Part shown: positions 1 through 12,449 of the stretch, piece after piece
How the letters are laid out: every line of letters starts with the position of its first letter
Position numbering within the stretch: the first letter of the stretch is position 1
Origin: Paraspadella gotoi
Taxonomy: Eukaryota; Animalia; Chaetognatha
Direction of reading: 5' to 3'
Length of the DNA stretch: 64,000 nt
Assembly (NCBI GenBank): GCA_051294375.1
Contig: CM119265.1
Location: 3,223,640-3,287,639 of the forward strand
Notes under the pieces: model-generated
What the model was told of the DNA's origin: nothing
The model's input: the letters and a program-made list of their open reading frames with translations, nothing else
Database searches by the model: none
Program-made: the position numbers and the translations under genes

Positions 1-2607
1 TGTTTCTGTAAATCGGACACGAGTTTTCCCGATTTGCTCGTAAATCTCGGTTATTCTCATTTTTTTATTATTTAAAGTAGAGGAAATGAACAAAACAAAA
101 CAAAGAATTGAAAAATAAAAACGAAAACTAAACAAAACAAAAAATTAAAACAAAAAACACGCGGGAAATTTTTCCCGCCATTTGATCTCGGAAAAAAGTT
201 CCGGTATTTTTCTTCGCCCCGAAGCTGAAACTTTTTTTTCATCTTCACATTGAAAAAGAGAAATTCATCGATTCACTCAATCACCGAAGTCACCGACCGT
301 GACGTCCGAGTGAAAATTCACTCCGTTAAAAAAATGAGAAAAAAGTGAAGATCATAAATTCCATCGCGCGAATCGAAAGAAAAAAACAAAAGAGGCGAAT
401 TTGGATGCGGGTATCGACGCCTTGAGGTCATCGCTTTTCTTTCTTTTATCGCCTGATTTTCAATAAGAAACATTTTCTTAAAAAAGTATTACGCCATCTG
501 GTGACTTGAGTATTGCACGCTTCTGGCAGATGAAAGCGAATCAATAGAACGTCCATTGGCCGTGGTCATCGAGCGATACATGCGGGTTGTCATATCCATC
601 GCTAGAAAAAAAAAAGGTGATGCCATATGTTCACCCGTGATTTCATTCATTCACGTTTTCACTTATAAATAACAATATATTATTTGCATATATTCAAAAG
701 TCAACGTCAACATTGTCCTTCCACGCGAAAACGAAAAGAGTCACGTGCCCTTAATCCCGAAGAGACGCGAGTTCGATCCCCGCAGGAGAACAATTTTGAT
801 CTCATTTTGAAATGAAATGAAATTTTGACAAACATTGTCCCCAAANNNNNNNNNNNNNNNNNNNNNNNNNNNNNNNNNNNNNNNNNNNNNNNNNNNNNNN
901 NNNNNNNNNNNNNNNNNNNNNNNNNNNNNNNNNNNNNNNNNNNNNNNNNNNNNNNNNNNNNNNNNNNNNNNNNNNNNNNNNNNNNNNNNNNNNNNNNNNN
1001 NNNNNNNNNNNNNNNNNNNNNNNNNNNNNNNNNNCTTGAAAGTTTACTATTCAATTTTTGTTGTTGTTGTTGTTTTTGTTGTTGATCTCTGCCGAAAAAT
1101 TAAAATCAACGCTTCTCAAACGACGGGCACATATTTCCCTCGGGGTCTAAAGTATTATCCCTTTTTCATATTTTCATTGCAAGCAACTTTCACAAAGAGG
1201 CTCCACCATCTGCTGGTTCTATTGCACCATACAATTCGGCGGATTCCTCCACGCGTGGAAACGAAAAAAGGGTGAAAGACAACAACAGCTAAATGACGGG
1301 CGTNNNNNNNNNNNNNNNNNNNNNNNNNNNNNNNNNNNNNNNNNNNNNNNNNNNNNNNNNNNNNNNNNNNNNNNNNNNNNNNNNNNNNNNNNNNNNNNNN
1401 NNNNNNNNNNNNNNNNNNNNNNNNNNNNNNNNNNNNNNNNNNNNNNNNNNNNNNNNNNNNNNNNNNNNNNNNNNNNNNNNNNNNNNNNNNNNNNNNNNNN
1501 NNNNNNNNNNNNNNNNNNNNNNNNNNNNNNNNNNNNNNNNNNNNNNNNNNNNNNNNNNNNNNNNNNNNNNNNNNNNNNNNNNNNNNNNNNNNNNNNNNNN
1601 NNNNNNNNNNNNNNNNNNNNNNNNNNNNNNNNNNNNNNNNNNNNNNNNNNNNNNNNNNNNNNNNNNNNNNNNNNNNNNNNNNNNNNNNNNNNNNNNNNNN
1701 NNNNNNNNNNNNNNNNNNNNNNNNNNNNNNNNNNNNNNNNNNNNNNNNNNNNNNNNNNNNNNNNNNNNNNNNNNNNNNNNNNNNNNNNNNNNNNNNNNNN
1801 NNNNNNNNNNNNNNNNNNNNNNNNNNNNNNNNNNNNNNNNNNNNNNNNNNNNNNNNAGGCAGGAATGCAAAATGCTTATGTCTACTTGGATCGATTTTTA
1901 AATGATGAATGGATTAAAACTTAATGAGGAAATGACTAAATCCGAAAGCCTTTTGGCGACTGCAGTTGCGTAGCACCATATCCCAACTCCATAGTTGCAC
2001 ACGATATCCTAGCACCTTAATCTGGCATCATAGGGATTCACGGGAAATCGTTTAAATTTAAAGTTTTATTTGGTTTCCGGATTTATTTGTTTTTTGGGGG
2101 AAGAAATAACTAAATGTCTCAACTGCATAATAATTCATGGTTTAAAAAAAAATGTCATGTAACAGACGTCTGTTTACTAACTGACTTTTACTGATGGCCC
2201 AAAAGATTCTTATGCTAAATTTTCTGATCAGCTTTTTTCCTCCCACTGGTTTTTAATCACACTTCACCCCCTCCCTTCTCTTCTCTAATCTCCCGCCTTT
2301 TCCTCTCTTTTTTCTTTTCTTTTTCCTTCTCTCTCTCTCTCTCCCTTTCTTCCCTCCTTCCACCGAACTGTCGCCTCCGGTTATAACGAACAAAACGCTA
2401 ATCCGCTCGATCGTAATCCGCGTATAAGATCCAGACGTTTTTATTCCTTTATTTTTTAAAAATGAAAAATGAAAAATGAAACTTTAAAAAAACTATAAAA
2501 TGGGCGAAAAAAACCGGAAGACATAAAAATTTGCGTCGTGAAAATGATTCCTCATTTTTATTTACGGTTTTTAATTTTTTTATGGAGGAAAGAAAACTGC
2601 GGGAGAA

Positions 2608-2638
<31 letters not shown>

Positions 2639-3080
2639 AATGACGACGACTTAAGATGACAACAACAACGACTTCTTAGATGAAAACGGTCGAGAGTGCG
2701 TGTCGCCCGAAATCCAGAAAATCCCAACTTCCACGTCTTTTGTTTTCTTTTTCCTTCGCCATCTGTCGTCAATTTTTATTTTTTTTTCAAAAAGTAAAAA
2801 CTTCGGAAGCGAGAAAACAAAAGGACAGTCGAGGATCGAGGATATTTTTAGGGCGGAAATTCCGGCGACGCCGTCAAATACTATTCTATCGGCGGCGGCG
2901 GCGGCGGCGGCGGCGGCGCTTTTGTGAAAGGGGGGAGGAGGGTCTTGTTTTTGGCGGGAAGGAGTGAGGTTTGGGTGAAAGGAGTTGAAGGGGCGTGAAG
3001 AGAAACGTGAGGAGAGCGAAAACAGAAGAGTTTAATGTTAATATTGTGGTATAATCCTTTCTCTTCGTTCTGTAATAATT

Positions 3081-3242
3081 ATTAGAAAAGTTTGAAATGA
3101 ATTTTCAACAACGATTTTATTTTTAATAAAAAACGGACATGTTTCGGGTAATGCTGATGAAGGCTTGTAGTTGAGCCGAAACATGTCCGTTTTTTATTAA
3201 AAATAAAATCGTTGTTGAAAATTCATTTCAAACTTTTCTAAT
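3081..3242. repeat. Perfect 67-bp inverted repeat (arms 3081-3147 and 3176-3242) with a 28-nt spacer; probable inverted pseudo-LTR remnant of a Penelope-like element
   Basis: The left arm ATTAGAAAAGTTTGAAATG...CGGACATGTTTCGG is the exact reverse complement of the right arm CCGAAACATGTCCG...CATTTCAAACTTTTCTAAT. The spacer plus right arm contain a hammerhead motif. Confidence 0.9.
3150..3191 (+). ncRNA. Minimal type-I hammerhead ribozyme motif (Penelope-like element type)
   Basis: CTGATGA core (3154-3160) plus an extra A; stem II GGCTT/GAGCC; GAAA (3178-3181); palindromic minimal stem III ACATGT; GUC cleavage triplet ending at 3187; short stem I AATG/CGTT. Confidence 0.8.
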
Positions 3243-4857
3243 TTTAATACTTTAATATTTACTATTTTTTGGGTTATGTTATGATTACGTATTATTGAAC
3301 CTGAAACTTTTTGCTAAATAACCTTAGGATACTTCATGTCTAGCTTAATGTCGTACATCGTAGTATTGTCTTATTGCCACTCTGTATTCATGAAGCTTAA
3401 ACTTAAAATCGTCATCCAACGCCGACGACAGCGTCAAATATCGGAAACCTGCATCCAAAACCTCCAAAAATAAGCCCAACCCTAAATTTTCACCAAATGA
3501 AAATCACAAGACTTCCGTTTTTTCACGCGCGCGAATTCGAAAAGTCGGTCGAGTGAAAACAAAAAGATTTTTTGTTGCGTGAAACGTGAGGATTAGAGGC
3601 AGAGGTCAATTAAAATTTCACGGTGAAGAAAAGAAGAAAGAAAAGAAAAGAAAAGAAAGGGAAAGTAAAGAGAAGAAAAGAATGTAAAAAGAGAAAAGAT
3701 AAGAAAGAAGACAGAGAGAAAAGAAAAGAAAATAAAGCAAAAAGAAAGGGAAAGAAAAGAAAGTAAAAAGAAAGGGAAAGTAAAGAGAAATAAAGAAAAA
3801 ACTTTTTTTTTTCTTCAAAAAGAAGTTCGACTTTTATTTTGGTGAATGGATTCACAATTCACAGTAAGTGACGTCCTCCGGCCGGGGGGGGGGAAAGGAA
3901 GACAAGGAAAGAGTGAGGGAAGGGACAATCAGCACTTAGCATTAACCTGACTCTTTTAATGAAGCTTTTCAATGATTATTTGGAAAGAAGAACAAGAAAC
4001 AGAAATTTCAAGATGTTGAGACGCATTAAATTTCTTTTCACGTGATCGCGTTCCAAGGTGATCACGTGACTACTCAAGAATGAAATGTAAACCTCTCATG
4101 ACACATAACCTGTCCGCCAAGTACTATTATTAGTATTATATAAATTAGTATTAACCGTATAGATCAAAGGAGTTATATATTAAAGAAGTTATTTAGATTT
4201 TTGCTCATGTCATATTATAATCGTATTTTCCAGTAAAAAATGACAATGAACTGTGTCTGTAAAACATATAGTTGGTAATACATTACATTTAAGTATTGAA
4301 ATCAAAATGGCTTAGTATTGGGCGAGTTATTTCTATCTTAAGTTGAGATAAGTTGGACGTAGAGACAGACTAACCGACTATTGCCGTTACAATTCATACT
4401 CCAATAAACTGAAGAACATATTGAAAAAAATCCAAGAAAAAAACATTTTTGGAGAAGAGAGAGCACGAGCACGCACGCAGCGAGAACGTCGAGGACAGAC
4501 GAGAGAGAACGAGAGGAGCAGAGACGAGACGAGACGACGAGATAGAGAAGCACAGAGGAGAGAGAAGAGAGAGATTTTTGACAAAGAAAAGCGTGAAATA
4601 ACTGGGCAGATGTGAAATTGTGAAAGCGAATCCTGGGTTTTGACTTGAATCATTTTCGGTCACGGATTTTCAGTCTCCTGATTCTTTTTCTTCATAAAAG
4701 AAAAGAAAAAAAACTCAAGCACAAAAAAGAAAAAAAGAAAAAAGAAAAAAACTTTAAAAATAACAGAAAAAGAAAAAAAAATTAGGTTGAAACTCGGAAC
4801 CACCGGCCGAAAATGTCCTAGATATGATGGGACACAAGAGTGAGAGAGAGAGAGAGA

Positions 4858-4914
<57 letters not shown>

Positions 4915-5416
4915 AGAGAAGAGAAGAGAGAAGTCGTTAAAGACAACCCCCATGGAAAAAACCCACCATGATTGTCGCCGAAACTTTCTTGAAAATTTAT
5001 AGCATTTTTGCGTCGCTATGGAAACGGCATGGAAAAAGACAACAACGGAAGTGGAGAGATTTTGACGCATGTCTTGGCGAGAGGTGCCTTTGAGTCGTCG
5101 ACGCCTTTGGAGACTTCAACGCGACCTCCAACCGCACGTCAAGTTCGCCTTGTGTCACATTTCGGTCGTCACGCCCACTTCACTTTTTCACACTCACCCT
5201 TTGTCACTGTCATCACCATTTATTCTCTTTGTCAGTAATGTGATAAAACTTCTTTCATAATCGACAGTGAAGTCGAGAAAGTTGACCAAGTTTGGATGGA
5301 TCATTTGCGAAGGTTCTCAATTTGGGATGTCTTGGCGTGAAGCGATGAAAGGCTTTCACGTCTTAACTGTTGTGAAATAATATTAATCATTGATTATATT
5401 AATAATATTTTATTAA

Positions 5417-5419
5417 TTA

Positions 5420-5468
<49 letters not shown>

Positions 5469-5520
5469 GTTATTATTATTATTATATTATTATATTATTA
5501 TATTATATTATTATATTATA
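5417..5520. repeat. (TTA)n microsatellite grading into (TTATA)n
   Basis: Directly visible tandem repeat. Confidence 0.95.
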
Positions 5521-7469
5521 TGTACCAATTTCATAATCTATTACTGGCAGGATAATGATTTCGTAAAAAAATAATTTCATAAAAAATAAATGAAAATATA
5601 AAACAAACAAAACAAAATATAAAANNNNNNNNNNNNNNNNNNNNNNAAATATAAAACGAAGAAAGTCGCGTCTTCGATAAAACGTACGGACCGACCGACA
5701 TAAAGACCGACCGACCGACATTTCACTTTTTCCTCGGATCAAAAGGGTTAAAAATTCCAGGGGAAAAATGACCTTTTTCTTTTTTTCCCTTCGATTATTT
5801 TTTGACCTAAATTCTATAAGAAAATAAATTGGTTCTGCTTTAATCCCTTTCTCTCTCTNNNNNNNNNNNNNNNNNNNNNNNNNNNNNNNNNNNNNNNNNN
5901 NNNNNNNNNNNNNNNNNNNNNNNNNNNNNNNNNNNNNNNNNNNNNNNNNNNNNNNNNNNNNNNNNNNNNNNNNNNNNNNNNNNNNNNNNNNNNNNNNNNN
6001 NNNNNNNNNNNNNNNNNNNNNNNNNNNNNNNNNNNNNNNNNNNNNNNNNNNNNNNNNNNNNNNNNNNNNNNNNNNNNNNNNNNNNNNNNNNNATCACACT
6101 ATCACACAATCACAAAGGTCAAAAACGCCATCCTCGGAATTTAATTCAATTTTGGGTCCCAAATTTCAACTCATGCAGTCAACAAATCAAAATAGACTTA
6201 ACCTCAACTTTTGAAGAAAATTTCCATTTTCATTTTAGCATCCATCTATTTAGGCAGCGAAGTCATTAATGGCATCGCTTTTATCGTCGATGGCATTGTC
6301 ATTGACGGCATCGCTTAGTCANNNNNNNNNNNNNNNNNNNNNNNNNNNNNNNNNNNNNNNNNNNNNNNNNNNNNNNNNNNNNNNNNNNNNNNNNNNNNNN
6401 NNNNNNNNNNNNNNNNNNNNNNNNNNNNNNNNNNNNNNNNNNNNNNNNNNNNNNNNNNNNNNNNNNNNNNNNNNNNNNNNNNNNNNNNNNNNNNNNNNNN
6501 NNNNNNNNNNNNNNNNNNNNNNNNNNNNNNNNNNNNNNNNNNNNNNNNNNNNNNNNNNNNNNNNNNNNNNNNNNNNNNNNNNNNNNNNNNNNNNNNNNNN
6601 NNNNNNNNNNNNNNNNNNNNNNNNNNNNNNNNNNNNNNNNNNNNNNNNNNNNNNNNNNNNNNNNNNNNNNNNNNNNNNNNNNNNNNNNNNNNNNNNNNNN
6701 NNNNNNNNNNNNNNNNNNNNNNNNNNNNNNNNNNNNNNNNNNNNNNNNNNNNNNNNNNNNNNNNNNNNNNNNNNNNNNNNNNNNNNNNNNNNNNNNNNNN
6801 NNNNNNNNNNNNNNNNNNNNNNNNNNNNNNNNNNNNNNNNNNNNNNNNNNNNNNNNNNNNNNNNNNNNNNNNNNNNNNNNNNNNNNNNNNNNNNNNNNNN
6901 NNNNNNNNNNNNNNNNNNNNNNNNNNNNNNNNNNNNNNNNNAGTCTTCCTAAGAAACTGACCACGTTAATCTATGCATCAGTCGTAATATAACTTAAGCC
7001 ATCTAATACTGAATTTTTTAATATCAAATCAAACCTTTTTCCGGTTTTTTAAGAAAAGAAAGAAGCCAAATGATTTCATCTAAAAGTTACCAGGACATCT
7101 CAGACTGACTCATCAAATAAGCGTCAGTAAACAAAAACAACCACGACGTCGAGACGAAACGGTTGCCAACCGAAAAAACAAACTGTTTTCGCCATCCCCC
7201 TTATACACTACCCTTTCTTTCTTTCTTCCACGAGTTTGACTGATTGACTGACTGACCGATCGAAATATCGCGCTGACGATCGCGAATCCAAAATCGAACC
7301 ATCTTGTTTAAACTGTTTTTTCTTTCTTTGTTATTTTGTTTTGTTTTTCTCGTAAACAGAAACGGTTTCCCGTCTTGAGACGGCGAGGTGACGGGGCGAG
7401 GTTTTATTTTTTTCTCTTCTGGTCAAAATGTAAATGAGGGGTTTTCTTTCCTTTTTCTTTCCTTTTTTT

Positions 7470-7470
7470 C

Positions 7471-7562
<92 letters not shown>
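7470..7562. repeat. (CTTT)n microsatellite
   Basis: Directly visible tandem repeat; it explains the FFLSFFLS ORFs. Confidence 0.95.
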
Positions 7563-7710
7563 TTTTTCTTAGTTTATCGGTCCCATAGCATAAGTTTTTT
7601 TTTAATTGGAAATTCAGCCTGAATATTTAGCATCGAAATTAAAGGCAATCAGTATTACATTTTCTAATAAAAGACAATCATAATTCTACTTTATTAATAA
7701 CGCAATAAAT

Positions 7711-8078
7711 TCAACCCTTTCCCGCCAAAACCGCAACGACGACGCCGAAGACGACGACGACGACGAACCCAACGTCCACTCGACAAATCGTCGCCCCGCA
7801 AAATTTGCCGAGATTCTCGCATTGTCTTTCGCAATCGTGAACGCATTTCCCAAAATCTATCTGCCTCTCTGCGAAGTAAGTGACCATTGATGGATGGATC
7901 CTGCAGAATCGATCTTCATCGATGCCAAACCTGTTTTGCAACATCCACCGTCGAGTTTGACGCCGTTGATCTCATGGGGATGTTCTTTGCAGAAGGAGTT
8001 GGTGTGACACGTGTCCCATTCCTCGGCGCGGGTGATTTCGGACGCAAATATTACGACGAACAGAAGGCTCAACTTCAT
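7711..8078 (-). CDS. Small cysteine-rich secreted or membrane-anchored protein, 101 aa, two exons (8078-7931 and 7868-7711)
   Basis: ORFs 7857..8078 and 7711..7944 join in frame across a 62-nt GT..AG intron (GTTTGG...CACTTACTTCGCAG, phase 1). Product: MKLSLLFVVIFASEITRA-EEWDTCHTNSFCKEHPHEINGVKLDGGCCKTERQIDFGKCVHDCERQCENLGKFCGATICRVDVGFVVVVVFGVVVAVLAGKG*. It has a signal-peptide-like N-terminus, 9 Cys and a hydrophobic C-terminus. Confidence 0.75.
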
Positions 8079-9589
8079 TACCGGTTAAAATCGAAAAAAA
8101 GAATTGTTAATTTTTGTTCGAAGATTAATTCAAATTTTAATTATCTATGCAATTAAAGTAGTGTGGTGATGATAATGAAAATTCTTTTACGCCTGGGTCG
8201 ATGAGAGTGGGGAGAGAGAGAGAGGGAGAGAGAGAGAGAGAGAGAGAGAAGAGAATCGCTTAAACACACTATTATACATATTTTTTAGTTATAAATTTAT
8301 TTTTCCCAATTTCCATTGTACTTTTGTTCCTTTTAACAAAAGACATAGTAATTAAGGGATTTTCGACTTAATCCATAGAACCGGAATTAGTTCCATCCAG
8401 TCATAAAGATCATTCACTTCACTAATCAGTCTCATTCCAATTTAAAAACTAAAAAGATATTTTTTTCTACTAATTACATCTCGATCTAAGCGACGCATTG
8501 AAAAAAAAAACGTAGACAAAAGGACAAAATTAAAAATAGGAAAAAAAAATATTTAAAAAACAAAGGATTAAAAAAAATGGGATGGAATCAAAAACCAGTT
8601 TTTTATTTTGGGTCATTTTCCTTCGACGGCGAAATCAATGGAACGAAAAAGTGGAACAAAAAAGGAAATTTGGTCTCAAAGGCGAAATTCGTCTTCTCAT
8701 TTGGTTCCAGTGGTCAAATCTATGGGTTTTTAACTTGAAAGACAAGAAAAGCTTTTGTGCGGAGTCAATCGAGATGAATAATTAAGAGAGAGATGTTGGC
8801 CTTATAGCGATCATAATAACATGACGTTTACGATAATTCTAAATACTCACATTGATCTAATTATGACTGTTTTGACCTGAGTAAAAAATTCTATCTGAAC
8901 AAAAGTGCAGGGGACCTATTCTGCAAATTTCGTAAAATTTTACATTTGACATTACGTAAGTTAATAGTTATGGGCGCAAAAATATTAAAATCGGGTACCG
9001 GGATCGTTTAAAGTCAACACCTAAATAACGTAATATCCGGTAATACAATAGTATAAGTAACCGGGGAAGTCAACCTACGCGGTTTTAATACCAAATTATA
9101 ACTACACTGACGTTATCAGGGACTTGAAAACAGTATAACCTGCCTGAAAACAGCATTTAAACCGCAATGTTTCTCGTAAGTAAAAAATAAACATAATATT
9201 TCTAAGCACAATAACGAATTAACTTCAATACGCGATCCGCAATAAACGAATTAACTTTAAACGCACAAACCAAAATTACTAAGTGTTAACTCGCTTAATT
9301 TAGATTTAAGGGTTGTATTTGTAATAATGAGGAAAGTTGGCACAATGAAGAAGTTTGGCACGATCGATCTCCGCCAGACTGCTCGGCTCATCGCGAATGA
9401 ATCTGCTGAGGCGCCGTCTGTTTCGACTCCTTGCTTACTCCCCTTCTGTTGCACGTTCCCACAGTTTGAAATTGAAGTTCGAAACCCGCTTCCAAGTAGG
9501 TTTTCCTCGTATCTTGGGTGAGATATTGTGAAGCTTTGGTTCGGGTCGCACATGAGTACTTAAGATTCGGTCACACTGTCTTGTTAACG

Positions 9590-12420
9590 AACCCAGCCAA
9601 TCCTGAGGACGCTTTTGTAGTTTCCCACTCTACATTATCTTCATAATTGGAAATAGGTCTTAACAAATTGACTTTGAGTACATATTAATGAATCTTTTAA
9701 AGGCGAATTCTTAAATGCATCTTAATTCGGCTTCCCACACTAGCGATCTAAGACTCGATGATTGCCACTACTTGGGATTATAAGGCAACTCTCAAGATTG
9801 TTATGTATTTTTTCTAATTTGTTACAATGGAACTTCTGACATGGGGAATATAACACGTTGATCCGATTCGAATAAGGTTCTTATCATAACGTTATATAGA
9901 TTATGTAATTAATCGTGGATGGTTTAGTTTAGTTCTTATTCTAACGTAGAACACCCAGTCTTTGAATTCGCCTTCGTCATGGTTTCATTAATGTATTCTT
10001 CCCAGAGCAGTTTTGGTCAAATCTGACCCCCAGAAAAGTACCGGATTGTACTACCCGAAACTGGGTACCAATAAAATTTATACACGACATTCTCGTTAAA
10101 AATGTCTTTGTAGTCGACTGAATACAACCAGATTCGATTTGTGTGGGCGCTAGCTTAATTCTCCCACTTTCGCACCACCTCCAGTGTCTTGGTGCAGACG
10201 TCCATCTTTATTTTCCCTCTAAAGGAATTTTCGGCAACGATCCAGGCTGCCTGGCATCACGCGAAATTGTAGCAGGTGAGATCTCTCGTGCCAGCTCAAA
10301 GAGTCATCTGTATGGATATTGAAGAGAATCCGGACTAATTATGCACCTGTGGAGTACCAGTGGTTAATGTTAAAGGGACTCAGCACTGCTTTTTTCCCAT
10401 CAAGACTTAATCGACTATCTTTCCCAAGAAATTACATTATGATCCGTAAGATTTGAGGGTCTTGAAATCTTTTTGGAAGCAGCCTTGTATCACCCTCAAA
10501 CCGATCCACCACAGGTGGCAAAGCCAGTTCAACTCCAAGAACAGCCCCAGCACGCAACTTTTTTCTTTAAATGCCTGATATGTAGTTTTCAAGTAGACGA
10601 AATAAGTGATCTTGTGGACTACGGTTTTTTTTATAAGCGCTCTGGTATTATTTCTCATGCAGAGCCTGTCTAGTTCTCCTATGAGCTTAAGGTTTTATTA
10701 ATCTCTCAAATACATTGCACAACGCAAGACAATAGCTAATAGGTCTAATGATATTTGAATTTATGTGAGATCTTTACCTTTCTTTGGAATGGTTAATTAA
10801 TTTTGGCCCTTTTCATGCAGAGGTAGACTGCCACGAGAACCAACATAATTGGGTAAATCTGAAGAAGTTGTTTTGCACACTTCTGCGGAACATTTTTTAA
10901 CATTAGGTAGTTTACTCCATCCTCCTGCTGCGGATTTAATTTTTGGGCAGCTCCCAAGGCCGCTTTCAAGTCGTTCAAGTTAAAAATCCTCTTCTCTCTA
11001 TCTGTTCTTTCACTTTGGTGTGATAGAGATGGTTCAGTTTTCCTTTTCTCTTCGCAGGTTTCGTCAACTATTTTTGCAGTTTTTTCATCGTACGTTTTGG
11101 GTCGATAAATCCGGATTGTAATCTTCTTAGCCTTCTGCATGTACTTTTTGCACGTTCTCCGCGAGATTGCCTTGATCCATCTCCCCTCTCCAGTGGAGGA
11201 AGAATACATTCCGCGTGTTCATAGTTGGCGATGTCCTTATATAATCCTCCATTTTTTGTTGGCGTCATTTGTGAGTGCCATCTCAACTCACCCTTTTTTC
11301 ATAATGTACTTTTCTGAGTCATTCTTCAGTGATTTTTTTCAATTCAGAGCTGAACTTGGTTGCTACATTTTCTTAATAAATCTCTTTATTAAAGTGTTAA
11401 TCGTTATGCTTCTCCGCCATTAATGAAATTTTGGGCTGAGATTCCAACAACACTTTGCTTCCTTTGAACAATTTACTTCACCCTTTAACATAATTTTATG
11501 TTGTCTTGACGACGTAGTGCGTTTGGCTAACAATATTCGAAAAGGATTCTGCCCATTTTTCAATATCTTCATTTGGCATATTCTCACTCCTGAAGGCAAA
11601 GTGATTCGAAAGGACTGTTCTAGTTTATCTCGGAAATGTTCCATTGATCTTCAAGGTCATCCTAAAATTTACTCTATTTCCTCGGCTTCCAGGACCACTT
11701 CGTGGCAGGTGATCGCTTGAATTGGACAAGCGTTTTCCATTGTCTTGTAAGTCTACGAACAATTTATCAATTAAACGCATGCTTAATCTAATGAGGAGTT
11801 GAGTGTCGAGAAGCTGTAATACGTTGGATCACCCTGTATTGATGGCCCATTTTTTCTTTTAAATTTTTTTTAGCTTTTTCAAAAATTTCCCTAAAAGAGT
11901 TTTTTCAGGTGTTTTACCCTCTTGTATTTGATTCCTTCTCTAAACTCTAATTTGGCCAAATTTATATCGCCCATTATTAATAATGGTGCGTTATTATAAT
12001 TTAATTTGCAAGTTCTAACGTCTTTTTAAAAAAATTTAGAGACTTTTTGACCTGGATGGTGCAATCAAACTGTCGCTAAAATGAGTCTTCCTGTGTGCTA
12101 TGTTCAATGCATGTTACTTATGTGTTCGGATTCATTGTCTTTTACTTAGGTATGTCTCATTATGTTACTTCTTTGGTACAATATTAATACCCCCCCCCAG
12201 GCCTTCGCGAATTTGATGGGTGATCACGTTTAAGTTGTAATGTATCCCTCACGCACGTAGTTATCTTCTTTTTTTAAGCCTAGTGTCGTTTATCAGTAAT
12301 ATTGGTGCTATAAGATTATTTAATTTCTTATTTATCTTAGTATTAAAACCGTTAACTCAGTTTTTCGTGGCAATGCTGAATTTGCGTTTACCTGCACAAT
12401 ACTTGAGCTTTTATTTCAGA
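9590..12420 (-). pseudogene. LINE ORF2 (APE endonuclease plus reverse transcriptase), fragmented
   Basis: Endonuclease: IVQVNANS..RKTEL (~12400-12350), ILLINDT (~12300), PLLIMGDIN (~11990-11960), SDHLP (~11715). RT: DGVNYLMLKN (~10920), RPIS (~10745), frameshifted GTPQ(G)..ISP (~10350-10320), frameshifted QF(A)DD (~10270-10255), FLGVRFDQ (~10040-10015). Confidence 0.88.
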
Positions 12421-12449
12421 TGCCAATTTCTGTTACTGGAAAGATACGC

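Noticed and set aside
495-532. TATTGCAC (miR-92/25-like seed) between CATCTG and CAGATG
   Set aside because: Only a 6-bp closing stem; the rest does not match miR-92 or form a pre-miRNA hairpin.
1971-1992. TAGCACCAT (miR-29-like 5' end)
   Set aside because: The match ends after about 9 nt and no complementary arm is visible.
2608-2918. (GCC)n and (GGC)n tracts in inverted orientation, resembling terminal inverted repeats
   Set aside because: They are simple trinucleotide repeats with no unique TIR sequence or target-site duplication.
707-6964. Long ORFs made mostly of X (also at 29627-30055 and 61702-63500)
   Set aside because: They are open only because they run through N gaps.
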